DNA of 27,589 bases, taken from Candidatus Hadarchaeia archaeon. GTDB taxonomy: Archaea > Hadarchaeota > Hadarchaeia > Hadarchaeales > Hadarchaeaceae. The stretch lies in the NCBI GenBank assembly GCA_041490225.1, contig JBGPSS010000001.1:1-27589 (forward strand), in the 5' to 3' direction. The notes under the pieces were generated by a model. The model was not told where the DNA came from, ran no database searches, and was given only the letters and a program-made list of their open reading frames with translations. The position numbers were made by a program, and so were the translations under genes. Positions 8,593 to 18,878 of the stretch are shown here, one piece after another (positions within the stretch are counted from its first letter, which is position 1; each line of letters begins with the position of its first letter).

Positions 8593-9444
8593 TTACCCCC
8601 CGAGCAGCACGTTCAGGAGCGTGAGGGTGGCGATGAGCGCCTCCTCCGTCCTGACAGTTGCAGTCCCCTGATTGGGGATTGTGTTTACCACGACATCGAA
8701 GAGCTCCTTCGCGTCGATGCCCTGGCACTTGCAGATCTCGAGGAGCCCCGCATGAGGCCCCCCGAAGACCACTGCCATGTTGCCTGGGTTGCTACTTTTT
8801 ATCGCATTTACGGCCTCATATAAATTTTGGCCGTAGCGAGACGTCCCTATAACATAATCTGCGTTTGCCTCTTTTAAAGCATCCGCGAGATTTCCCGAAA
8901 GCTTGACTTCATACCCCCAGTACTCACCGACATCCGCTTTGGAAACTAGCTCCACTTCGATTTCATTTCCAACAAGTTTGCCAAGTTTTATTGTGACCCT
9001 CTCACCAACCCTCAACCTTTGGTTTAAAACACCTTTTTGGGGCAAACCGAGTTCCAAGATACTGCGGTTTTCACTCGAACTCAACACCACTGCCTCACGG
9101 TAATCGCCCTGCTTAGCCTTTTCATCCCCGAGCGGATGGTGTGGTGTGCGTAGAGGTGGTAACAATCCAGCGTAACGCAGTTCTCCTCTCATCGGGAAGA
9201 GCATTTTTCGAAGATATTGCGGCGTCTCCATATACTGCAAAAGCGTCAACAGCAACTTGGCCTCTACAGTTTGATTTGAAACTCGCGGATCATCATCATT
9301 GTAGATGACAATTTTCGAAATGTGAAAGATAGCAGACGCACGGCCGATGAAGCCAGCCTTCATGGTCTTCTGCTGTAGAGTATCAGCATCCGCTAAGAAA
9401 GAAGCCGGCAACAATACAGATAGAGAGGTTCTTGATTTTTTCAT
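8593..9444 (-). CDS. SPOUT-family RNA methyltransferase (DUF171 / SPOUT1-C9orf114 / MTH1-like)
   Basis: LQYMETPQYLRK..FP...LRYAGLLPPLRTPHH...YWGY...GTSRYG...VVFGGP...NTIPNQGTATVRTEEA. Located immediately upstream of rpl3, as in other archaea. Confidence 0.92.
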   Translation of the reverse strand: MKKSRTSLSVLLPASFLADADTLQQKTMKAGFIGRASAIFHISKIVIYNDDDPRVSNQTVEAKLLLTLLQYMETPQYLRKMLFPMRGELRYAGLLPPLRTPHHPLGDEKAKQGDYREAVVLSSSENRSILELGLPQKGVLNQRLRVGERVTIKLGKLVGNEIEVELVSKADVGEYWGYEVKLSGNLADALKEANADYVIGTSRYGQNLYEAVNAIKSSNPGNMAVVFGGPHAGLLEICKCQGIDAKELFDVVVNTIPNQGTATVRTEEALIATLTLLNVLLGG

Positions 9445-9450
9445 CGTTGA

Positions 9451-10905
9451 CTAACCCTTTGTAACTCCCATCGGGACCAACCTCGCCACCTTGCGAGCGA
9501 TCCCTGCCTTGTGGGATATCTCCGCAACTTTATCCACAGACTTGTAGCTCCCCGGAGCTTCCTCGGCTATCACCGAGATCTTCGCCGCTCGGACAATTAT
9601 CCCTCGCGATTCCAGCTGTTTCTTGACCTCCTCGCCCCAGAACTGATTGAGGGCCGCGGTCCTGCTCAGGTGCCGCCCAGCACCGTGAGCTGTGGAAGCA
9701 AAAGTTTCCTGCATCGCTTGCTCCGTCCCAACGAGCACATAGCTCGCGGTGCCCATGTCCCCCGGAATCAACACAGGCTGACCAACATCGCGATACATCG
9801 CTGGCACGTCTGGGTGGCCAGGGCCGAATGCGCGCGTGGCACCTTTGCGATGCACGTATACCTTGCGCTTCCCGCCGTCGATGCTGTGTTCCTCAAGCTT
9901 GGCGATGTTGTGCGCCACGTCGTAAACTATGTGCAGACCCAAGCTCTCGGCGTCCTTTCCGAAAACCTGCTCGAAGGATTGCCTGACCCAGTGCACTATC
10001 ATCTGGCGGTTGGCCCAAGCGTAGTTGGCCGCGCATGCCATGGCCGCAAAGTAAGCTTGACCTTCGGGGGAATTCACTGGCACGTTGACCAGTTCCCGAT
10101 CTGGCAGCTCTATCTTGTACTGACGAACAACCTTCTCCATCATCCGCAGGTAGTCAGAGCACACTTGGTGCCCCAACCCGCGGGAGCCCGTGTGAATCAT
10201 GACAGTGACCTGCCCCTCGTGATCGATGCCGAACTTTTTAGCGACCTCTTGATCGTAGATTTTATCAACTTTTTGTACCTCCAAGAAATGATTGCCGCTA
10301 CCCAAACTTCCGAGCTGTGGAAAGCCACGATGCTTCGCCTCTACACTCACTTTCTTCGCATCTGCGCCCGCCATGCAACCTTTCTCCTCAAGCCGCTCCA
10401 GATCCTCCTTCCAGCCGAAGCCGTTCTCGATGGCCCACTGTGCGCCACGCTCGAGCACTTCGTCGAGCTGGGCTGGTGTTAGTTTAACGTGGCCTGTGCT
10501 GCCCAAACCAGAAGGCACATTTCTGAACAACGCCTCGACTATCTCACGGAGCTTTGGCTCGACGTCTTTTTTTTCCATACTCGTCTGCAACAGCCGGACG
10601 CCGCAATTGATATCATATCCCACCCCCCCTGGGCTGATGACGCCAGTTTCAGCGTCGGTAGCAGCGACTCCACCTATCGGAAACCCATAACCTTGATGCC
10701 CATCAGGGAGCGTTATCGAATATTTGTAGATACCCTGCAGGAAAGTCACATTCACGGCCTGCTCAAGCGTAAGGTCTTTTCCCATATCATTGAGCATCTC
10801 CGCGTCTGCGTAAATCCTAGCTGGTACACGCATACCGCGCCTGAAGTCCTGAGGAATCTCCCATCGTACGTCGTCAATTTGCTTAATTTTACCCGCCCAT
10901 ATCAT
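9451..10905 (-). CDS. rtcB: RtcB 3'-phosphate RNA ligase (tRNA-splicing ligase)
   Basis: All catalytic motifs present: [54 protein letters not shown]. No intein. Confidence 0.98.
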   Translation of the reverse strand: MIWAGKIKQIDDVRWEIPQDFRRGMRVPARIYADAEMLNDMGKDLTLEQAVNVTFLQGIYKYSITLPDGHQGYGFPIGGVAATDAETGVISPGGVGYDINCGVRLLQTSMEKKDVEPKLREIVEALFRNVPSGLGSTGHVKLTPAQLDEVLERGAQWAIENGFGWKEDLERLEEKGCMAGADAKKVSVEAKHRGFPQLGSLGSGNHFLEVQKVDKIYDQEVAKKFGIDHEGQVTVMIHTGSRGLGHQVCSDYLRMMEKVVRQYKIELPDRELVNVPVNSPEGQAYFAAMACAANYAWANRQMIVHWVRQSFEQVFGKDAESLGLHIVYDVAHNIAKLEEHSIDGGKRKVYVHRKGATRAFGPGHPDVPAMYRDVGQPVLIPGDMGTASYVLVGTEQAMQETFASTAHGAGRHLSRTAALNQFWGEEVKKQLESRGIIVRAAKISVIAEEAPGSYKSVDKVAEISHKAGIARKVARLVPMGVTKG

Positions 10906-10972
10906 TTTATCCCAAACTAAAGATGATTGCGATGTTAATATCCTTTGGTTGAAAATGAAAACATTTTGGAAA

Positions 10973-11401
10973 CTATATGTCGACTACCACCTGCACCGAG
11001 CATTCGCCCTTCTCACGTTTGATTTCCATCATGTGATAGGTCACGGCTTTTATCGCGACTTTTGGCTCATGCTTTTTGGGGTCGAATTTTTCGCCCCACG
11101 CTTTGGCCTTGATTCTAAAACCACCGTTCGAGCGTTTGAGCTCCTCCACCTTGAACTTCGACATGACCAGCCCATCAGCGTCACGCAGGTAAAGAAAACG
11201 TTCGAGCCAGTCGTACAGTAGCGCTTTTTCATCCTCGGCTTCCAGCTCGACCTTGACCTCCTCGCGCGGCCTCACTTTGCTTGTATCGATCATGACTTCA
11301 AAAAACGCAAGCGCGGCATTCTCGAAGGCTTCAGCTAGGTTCTTGCCATATGCACGAAAACCTATATCGCTCGGATGCTCGACCCACTCAAATTTTTTCA
11401 T
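10973..11401 (-). CDS. Archease (RtcB activator)
   Basis: [20 protein letters not shown]...IKAVTYH...VVVDI C-terminus; adjacent to rtcB. Confidence 0.96.
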   Translation of the reverse strand: MKKFEWVEHPSDIGFRAYGKNLAEAFENAALAFFEVMIDTSKVRPREEVKVELEAEDEKALLYDWLERFLYLRDADGLVMSKFKVEELKRSNGGFRIKAKAWGEKFDPKKHEPKVAIKAVTYHMMEIKREKGECSVQVVVDI

Positions 11402-11410
11402 GTTGACACC

Positions 11411-11499
11411 TGGCGCCGGGGAAGGGATTTGAACCCTTGATACCCGAGAGGGTAACCGGATCTCAAATCCGGCGCCTTACCTGGCTTGGCTACCCCGGC
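11411..11499 (-). tRNA. tRNA-Ser(TGA), CCA encoded
   Basis: GCCGGGG/CCCCGGC acceptor stem, anticodon arm CCGGA-TTTGAGA-TCCGG, long variable arm (TACCC-TCTC-GGGTA), T arm AAGGG-TTCAAAT-CCCTT, ends GCCA. Confidence 0.97.
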
Positions 11500-11549
11500 T
11501 CGAATAAAAGTTTCTCATAACTCGGCTAAAAAACAATTGGTGAACAAAA

Positions 11550-11870
11550 CTAGGTCTTGAGCTCGATCTCGATATGGACATCCTCGGGTACCTGAATGCG
11601 CATTATCTGCCGCATCGCTCGCTCGTCCGCCTCCATATCGATGAGGCGCTTGTGCACGCGCAGCTCCCACTTGTCCCAAGTGATCGTGCCCTCGCCGTCC
11701 GGAGCCTTCTTCGTGGGGATGATTATCCTTCTCGTAGGAAGTGGCACGGGCCCAGCTCTCTTTACACCTATTCGCTCTGCTATGCCTATGATCTGCTTGC
11801 ATACCTCATCGAGCTTTTTCGCATCCACGCTCGAAAGACGAATCCTTGCCTTCTGCAATTTAGTCCCCAC
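11550..11870 (-). CDS. rps10: 30S ribosomal protein uS10
   Basis: KARIRLSS...GPVPLPTRR...[22 protein letters not shown]. Confidence 0.98.
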   Translation of the reverse strand: MGTKLQKARIRLSSVDAKKLDEVCKQIIGIAERIGVKRAGPVPLPTRRIIIPTKKAPDGEGTITWDKWELRVHKRLIDMEADERAMRQIMRIQVPEDVHIEIELKT

Positions 11871-11900
11871 TCTATAGGGGCTAGCAAGGGATAAAAGATT

Positions 11901-13172
11901 TCAGGCTGCCTTCTTTGCGGGCGTTAGGTCGACGCACACGCCGGCCGCGATCGTCATGCCCATATCGCGTATGGCGAAGCGGCTCAGCTGCGGTATCTCC
12001 GACGCCTTCTCGATGACCATCGGTTTGGTGGGCGTCACCTTGATCGTCGCCATTTCGCCCTTCTTTATGAACTCGGGCTTCTCCTCGACCACTTGACCTG
12101 TCTTCGGGTCAAGCTTCTGCAATATCTCGCTTATGGTACACGCGACCTGCGCAGTGTGCGCGTGAAATACTGGTGTATAGCCAGCCGCCACCGCCGTCGG
12201 GTGCTGCAGAACTGCTATCCTCGCCGTAAACTCGCTTGCGACCTTCGGCGGGTTGTTCGTTGGCCCAGCCACATCGCCTCGCCTTATGTCCGTCTTGCTC
12301 AAGCCGCGAATGTTGAAGCCGATGTTGTCGCCCGGCATCGCCTCCGATATTGTCTCGTGGTGCATCTCTATCGACTTGACTTCAGCCGTTTTGCCCGCGG
12401 GTTCGAAGATTATTGTTTCGCCGGTCTTCATCACTCCCGTCTCAATCCTACCGACTGGCACAGTCCCTATACCTGTAATAGAGTAGACATCCTGCACTGG
12501 TAAGCGCAGCGGCTTGTCCACCGGTTTCTCGGGCACGACGAATGTGTTCAGGGCCTCCTCAAATATCGGCCCAGTGTACCACGCCATTTTATCGCTCCTC
12601 TTCGTGATGTTATCCCCATTGAAGCCGGAGATCGGCACACAAACAAACTTCTCGGTGTTACGATATCCTATCCCTCTCAGCAACTCAACTATTTCCGACT
12701 TCAACTTGTCGTAGATATCTTTCTTGTACCCAACGAGGTCCATCTTGTTTATGGCGATGACTAGCTGCCCGACGCCAAGGGTGAACGCGAGCGCGGCGTG
12801 CTCTCTCGTCTGAGGCATTATTCCATCGTCGGCCGCCACAACTAGGATAGCAGTGTCCGCTTGGCTAGCTCCGGTAATCATGTTCTTGACGAAGTCCCTG
12901 TGTCCTGGAGCATCAATTAGGGTAAAATAGTATTTGTCCGTTTCGAATTTTTGATGCGACAAGTCGATGGTCAAACCCCTTTCTCGTTCCTCCTTCAAGC
13001 TGTCCATGACCCATGCGAACTTGAATGTCTTGCCTTTGTCGCCCATCTCTTCAAACTTTTTTATTACAGATGCGTCGACCAGACCCTTCTCAAATAGAAG
13101 TCGGCCTAGCGTTGTGGACTTGCCATGGTCCACGTGGCCAATTACGACCATGTTCATGTGTGGTTTTGCCAT
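11901..13172 (-). CDS. tuf: Elongation factor 1-alpha (aEF1A)
   Basis: [49 protein letters not shown]. Confidence 0.99.
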   Translation of the reverse strand: MAKPHMNMVVIGHVDHGKSTTLGRLLFEKGLVDASVIKKFEEMGDKGKTFKFAWVMDSLKEERERGLTIDLSHQKFETDKYYFTLIDAPGHRDFVKNMITGASQADTAILVVAADDGIMPQTREHAALAFTLGVGQLVIAINKMDLVGYKKDIYDKLKSEIVELLRGIGYRNTEKFVCVPISGFNGDNITKRSDKMAWYTGPIFEEALNTFVVPEKPVDKPLRLPVQDVYSITGIGTVPVGRIETGVMKTGETIIFEPAGKTAEVKSIEMHHETISEAMPGDNIGFNIRGLSKTDIRRGDVAGPTNNPPKVASEFTARIAVLQHPTAVAAGYTPVFHAHTAQVACTISEILQKLDPKTGQVVEEKPEFIKKGEMATIKVTPTKPMVIEKASEIPQLSRFAIRDMGMTIAAGVCVDLTPAKKAA

Positions 13173-13213
13173 GAAATATCCCTCCGTTTATAACTCAATA
13201 CAATTCTATAGGC

Positions 13214-13224
13214 GCTTTAAAAAG
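13214..13224 (-). promoter_or_regulatory. Probable internal TATA box for tuf
   Basis: Minus strand CTTTTTAAAGC in the 61-nt rps7-tuf spacer, about 40 nt before the ATG, which has a GGAGG SD. Confidence 0.5.
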
Positions 13225-13233
13225 CCTTGCGGC

Positions 13234-13842
13234 CTACCTAGCTCCTTTTGCCATCCTTTCAGTGTCCTCCTTGCGCGCGATGGCGAAGCTCTTCATATCG
13301 CTATTTGATGCCATTATCAACTCATCTGCGAGGCACTCCTGGATAGTTTTCTTGTTTCTAAAAGACGCTGCGAATGCTCCACCTGCGATGTTCTTCAATG
13401 CGATATCCAATCTGCGCTGTGGGGCTGAATCAACTGCTAGGTGATAGGTCATACCACCATAGCTGATCCTCGTAGTTTCTTCCCGTGGAGCAGAATTTTG
13501 AACTGCGTTTATCAGGACTTGCAATGGATTCTTTTTCGCCTTCTGTTCTATTATGTCGAATGATCTCCGTACGATATTGTAGGCCTTGTGTTTCTTCCCA
13601 CATGCCCCCGCCCCTCGTATGACCCTGCCGCCGAGCTTCCGAGCGCCTGGGCCAGAGCGCATAAACTTGTTCATCAGACGTTCGACTATCGTCAACTCAG
13701 CTTTACCAAATTGTTTTTTTGCATGTTTACCTCCACTGTGCAGGACTGTGGAGAGTGGTTCCAACCGAATGTATTTCTGAAGTCCAGGATCGGCTACCGA
13801 CACACCCTCAGCTCCCCACTTTTCGAAATACTTGAAAGTCAA
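13234..13842 (-). CDS. rps7: 30S ribosomal protein uS7
   Basis: IVERLMNKFMR...NPLQVLINAVQNSAPREET...DSAPQRRLDIAL...IARKEDTERMAKGAR. TTG start. Confidence 0.98.
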   Translation of the reverse strand: MTFKYFEKWGAEGVSVADPGLQKYIRLEPLSTVLHSGGKHAKKQFGKAELTIVERLMNKFMRSGPGARKLGGRVIRGAGACGKKHKAYNIVRRSFDIIEQKAKKNPLQVLINAVQNSAPREETTRISYGGMTYHLAVDSAPQRRLDIALKNIAGGAFAASFRNKKTIQECLADELIMASNSDMKSFAIARKEDTERMAKGAR

Positions 13843-13846
13843 GATA

Positions 13847-14284
13847 TCACCGCTTCGGCTTCTCCTTGCGTCCCAAGACGAGTTCCCTCAATGAAACATT
13901 ATTCACAGATGTCACTTTATAGCGAACACCTGGGATATCTCCATATGCGCCACCTTTCGCACCACCGATGCCCGCGATTATTACCTCATCATGTTCATCG
14001 ATGAAACCTATCGCACCATCGCCTGGGGTGAAGGCCGTGACCTGCCGTCCGTTTTTGACCAACTGTACGCGGCAACATTTCCTTATCGCGGAGTTCGGTT
14101 GCTTAGCTTCGACGCCCACCTTTTCAAGCACGATCCCCTTGCCTTGAGGTGACCCCTCGAGCGGATCCGCCTTCTCGTCCAAGCGTAGCACGCGCCGCTT
14201 GTACGCCGCAAGCTTCCATCTGAACCTCTGCCTCTCATGGCTGAGCTTGCGAGCCGCGAACTCGCCTCTACTACCTTTGCTCAT
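13847..14284 (-). CDS. rps12: 30S ribosomal protein uS12
   Basis: [21 protein letters not shown]...PGDGA...[10 protein letters not shown]. Confidence 0.98.
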   Translation of the reverse strand: MSKGSRGEFAARKLSHERQRFRWKLAAYKRRVLRLDEKADPLEGSPQGKGIVLEKVGVEAKQPNSAIRKCCRVQLVKNGRQVTAFTPGDGAIGFIDEHDEVIIAGIGGAKGGAYGDIPGVRYKVTSVNNVSLRELVLGRKEKPKR

Positions 14285-14329
14285 TGTTCCACCATTAGTA
14301 AGATGTTCTACTCCTGAGCCCTAAAAAAC

Positions 14330-14758
14330 TCACGTTAAGGATACATCGTGGATATTGTGGTGTCTGAGCGCAAGTAGCTTCGCGCGTTGAATGTTTTGGC
14401 CACCTCGGCCTATCGCCAAACCTCTATCCGAGCTGTCAACATCGACGAGAGCCACCTTCCTCCCCTCACGTTCGACCACATTGACTCCCACGACTTTAGC
14501 TGGCAAGAGAATGTTTTTTACGAACTCAACTGGGTTCTCCGAATACTCTATGACATCGATGCCCTTGCCCATCGTTTGTTTGACCCTCTTTATTCTGCTG
14601 CCTCCTTTGCCTATCGCCAGCCCAATATCCCCTGGACGAACGATGAAAGTTATTTTTTTACCTTTTTCATCTGCCAAGCAATCAACTACGCTAGCTCCAG
14701 TGATGCTCTCAAACAGCGCGATGTGTCGCATATCATCTGCGCTCAGTTTTACGCTCAT
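14330..14758 (-). CDS. nusA: Archaeal NusA (two KH domains)
   Basis: GDIGLAIGKGG...DVIEYS...GLAIGRGGQNI; canonical position after rpl30e. Confidence 0.95.
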   Translation of the reverse strand: MSVKLSADDMRHIALFESITGASVVDCLADEKGKKITFIVRPGDIGLAIGKGGSRIKRVKQTMGKGIDVIEYSENPVEFVKNILLPAKVVGVNVVEREGRKVALVDVDSSDRGLAIGRGGQNIQRAKLLALRHHNIHDVSLT

Positions 14759-16229
<1,471 letters not shown>

Positions 16230-18869
16230 TTATTCCTCCGTCCTGATTATCCGATCGATTATTTTTTCGACATTCACAGCTTTTCCATTATCGCTGCGAG
16301 CTGGGTCGACTTGGTCCTCACCGTACAAGAACTGGATTATCATGCCTCTATCGTCTCGCACTGTACCATCGTATTCAACACGAAGATCTTGCAATGCATT
16401 GATCAACCTTCGTTGCATGTAGCCGCTCTGGGCCGTCCGTACAGCCGTGTCTACCAAACCCTCGCGCCCACCCATGGCATGGAAGAAGAACTCCAAAGGC
16501 TTGAGGCCGCGCTTGTAACTCGCATTGACAAATCCTCTCGCTTCGGCGCCGAGATCTCCGGGCTTGAAGTGCGGCAAAGTACGACCTCTGTACCCTCTAC
16601 TGAGGCGCTCTCCTCTGACAGATTGCTGGCCAACGCACGCTGCCATCTGTGTGAGATTAAGCATGCTACCGCGCGCGCCCGTCCTAGCCATGATGACAGC
16701 GTTGTTGTCCAAACCAAGGTACTTCTCAGCTATCTCTCCAGCTTTATCTCGACTCTCCGCCAGAACTTCCATTATGCGCATTTCAAGGGTTTCACGCAGA
16801 GAACGTCCGGGCAATGGTTCGAGCTCACCTTGGTTGTAGACACCTATCAGCTTCCTAACTTCTTTGGACGCATCATCGAGCACTTCATCTATGCGTTCCT
16901 TCGCCTCCTCCGGTATGTCCTCGTCGTCGATACCTGTGGTGAACCCAGACATGGCCGCCATCGCTATCGCCAGCCGCGTGACATGATCCAAGAACTCCCT
17001 CGCCGCATTCGTGCCATAATCTTTCACGATTCTATCCAACACCTCACAACGATCGAGAGCTTTGTACGCACGTGCGTCTATTACCCCTTGAACCAACTGC
17101 CCATCTCGTATGACGACATACCCATCGATATCACAATCCTCATTTTTGCAACGAACGCAATTCTCACATATCTTCGCCTTGAATGTCAAATTCAGACCCT
17201 TCGGTAGAAACATGCTAAATATCTGCTTGCCCGTCCAATACTCGACACCTGCCTCCTTTACAGCCGGTTTGGGCAAGTCCTTCATCAAGCCTGCTGTTGC
17301 CAGCAACTGTTGGGCGTGATCGCGAGTGAGCAAAGTGCTCTTGTGGGTCAGTAGGTAAGCACCCGTTATGTGTTCTTGGATACCACCGATGATTGGACCG
17401 CCAAAGCGTGGCGATAGTATTTGCTCTTGTACCCTCATTAGAATGCGCGCCTCCGCTTGGGCCTCCTCGCTCTGTGGTACATGCAAATTCATCTCGTCGC
17501 CATCGAAGTCGGCGTTGTATGGCGGACAAACACACAGGTTAAGCCTAAATGTCCTGCCTGGCATGACCCTAACCTCGTGGGCCATTATCGACATGCGATG
17601 GAGGGAGGGTTGCCGGTTGAAAAGTACAATATCTCCGTCCATCAAGTGCCTCTCGACGACGAAACCTGGCTCCAACGTCTTTGCAAGTTCCTCGCGGTCT
17701 GCATAGCGCAAACCATAGCGTTTGCCATCTGGGCTCAGGATATAATTCGCGCCTGGATGAGCATCTGGGCCGCGACGAACGAAGTCTCGCAGCGTTTCAA
17801 CGTTATGGCTCGTAGCGCGGATGGGAACAGTCAGCCTTTTGGCGATGTACTCCGGCACACCAACATCATTTATGCTTATGTAAGGATCGGGGGACACGAC
17901 GGTTCTCGCGGAGAAGTCAACGCGCTTGCCAGAAAGGTTTCCGCGAAATCGTCCCTCCTTGCCCTTCAAGCGCTGCGCGAGCGTACGTAGAACCCGACCT
18001 GACCTGTGCCTAGCAGGAGGAATCCCAGATACCTCGTTCGTGAAAAACGTGGTGACGTGGTATTGCAAAAGCTCCCAGAGGTCTTCGATGATAAGGTGAG
18101 GCGCCCCGGCCTCAATATTCTCAGCCAACCTTTGATTTATTCTGATGATATCGACGAGCTTATGGGTTAGATCATCCTCGGAGCGAACGCCTGACTCTAA
18201 AGTTATACTGGGCCTGACGGTGACAGGTGGTACCGGCATGACTGTCAACACCATCCACTCTGGTCTGGCTACCTTTGGGTTTATTCCGAGGAGAATAGCG
18301 TCGTCGTTCGTTATTCGCTCCAGCCTCTCGCGAACATCGCTTGGAGTCAACCTATTTTTACCTTCCACGAAAGCTGTTGGCTTCTCGAACTTGAGTTTCT
18401 GTAATTCTTCACCGCAGTGCGGACATTTTTTACGCTTAACTGTAGATACATTTTTTACTATTTCATCTGCAACTCCCCACCACGATTGTCCTGCTGCCAT
18501 TAACTCTTCGACATGCTTCTGGTAATCCTCAAGCTTCTGCTCCGGTAGACAAATCCTGCCGCACTTCTTGCAAGTAGCGCGCAAACAATCGTATACTGTC
18601 TCAACATGGCCGACATGTATAACAGAGCGCGCCAATTCTACATGGCCGAAATGACCTGGGCATTCCTTCGCGCGAGAACCACACGTTCTGCATCTGAGAC
18701 CTGGATCGACGACGCCAAGGCGTGAATCCATCAACCCACGCTCTATCGGATAACCATCTTCATCGTAAGTATCGGCCATGACTACTCGCGTCACCGAAAT
18801 CTTACGTATGTTTTCCGGCGAAAGTAGTCCGAAATTGACTTCATCGATAAGTTTTGGAACGTGCGCCAT
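16230..18869 (-). CDS. rpoA1: RNA polymerase subunit A' (Rpo1N)
   Basis: CPGHFGH, GRFRGNLSGKRVDFSAR, NRQPSLH, catalytic YNADFDGDEMN, GGREGLVDTAVRTAQSGY. Confidence 0.99.
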   Translation of the reverse strand: MAHVPKLIDEVNFGLLSPENIRKISVTRVVMADTYDEDGYPIERGLMDSRLGVVDPGLRCRTCGSRAKECPGHFGHVELARSVIHVGHVETVYDCLRATCKKCGRICLPEQKLEDYQKHVEELMAAGQSWWGVADEIVKNVSTVKRKKCPHCGEELQKLKFEKPTAFVEGKNRLTPSDVRERLERITNDDAILLGINPKVARPEWMVLTVMPVPPVTVRPSITLESGVRSEDDLTHKLVDIIRINQRLAENIEAGAPHLIIEDLWELLQYHVTTFFTNEVSGIPPARHRSGRVLRTLAQRLKGKEGRFRGNLSGKRVDFSARTVVSPDPYISINDVGVPEYIAKRLTVPIRATSHNVETLRDFVRRGPDAHPGANYILSPDGKRYGLRYADREELAKTLEPGFVVERHLMDGDIVLFNRQPSLHRMSIMAHEVRVMPGRTFRLNLCVCPPYNADFDGDEMNLHVPQSEEAQAEARILMRVQEQILSPRFGGPIIGGIQEHITGAYLLTHKSTLLTRDHAQQLLATAGLMKDLPKPAVKEAGVEYWTGKQIFSMFLPKGLNLTFKAKICENCVRCKNEDCDIDGYVVIRDGQLVQGVIDARAYKALDRCEVLDRIVKDYGTNAAREFLDHVTRLAIAMAAMSGFTTGIDDEDIPEEAKERIDEVLDDASKEVRKLIGVYNQGELEPLPGRSLRETLEMRIMEVLAESRDKAGEIAEKYLGLDNNAVIMARTGARGSMLNLTQMAACVGQQSVRGERLSRGYRGRTLPHFKPGDLGAEARGFVNASYKRGLKPLEFFFHAMGGREGLVDTAVRTAQSGYMQRRLINALQDLRVEYDGTVRDDRGMIIQFLYGEDQVDPARSDNGKAVNVEKIIDRIIRTEE

Positions 18870-18878
18870 ACCATCACC

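Noticed and set aside
9511-10482. 323-aa plus-strand ORF
   Set aside because: Antisense shadow of rtcB; no motifs and no SD.
16311-17207. 298-aa plus-strand ORF, and the other long plus-strand ORFs over the ribosomal and rpo genes
   Set aside because: Antisense shadows of well-conserved minus-strand genes; no recognisable domains.
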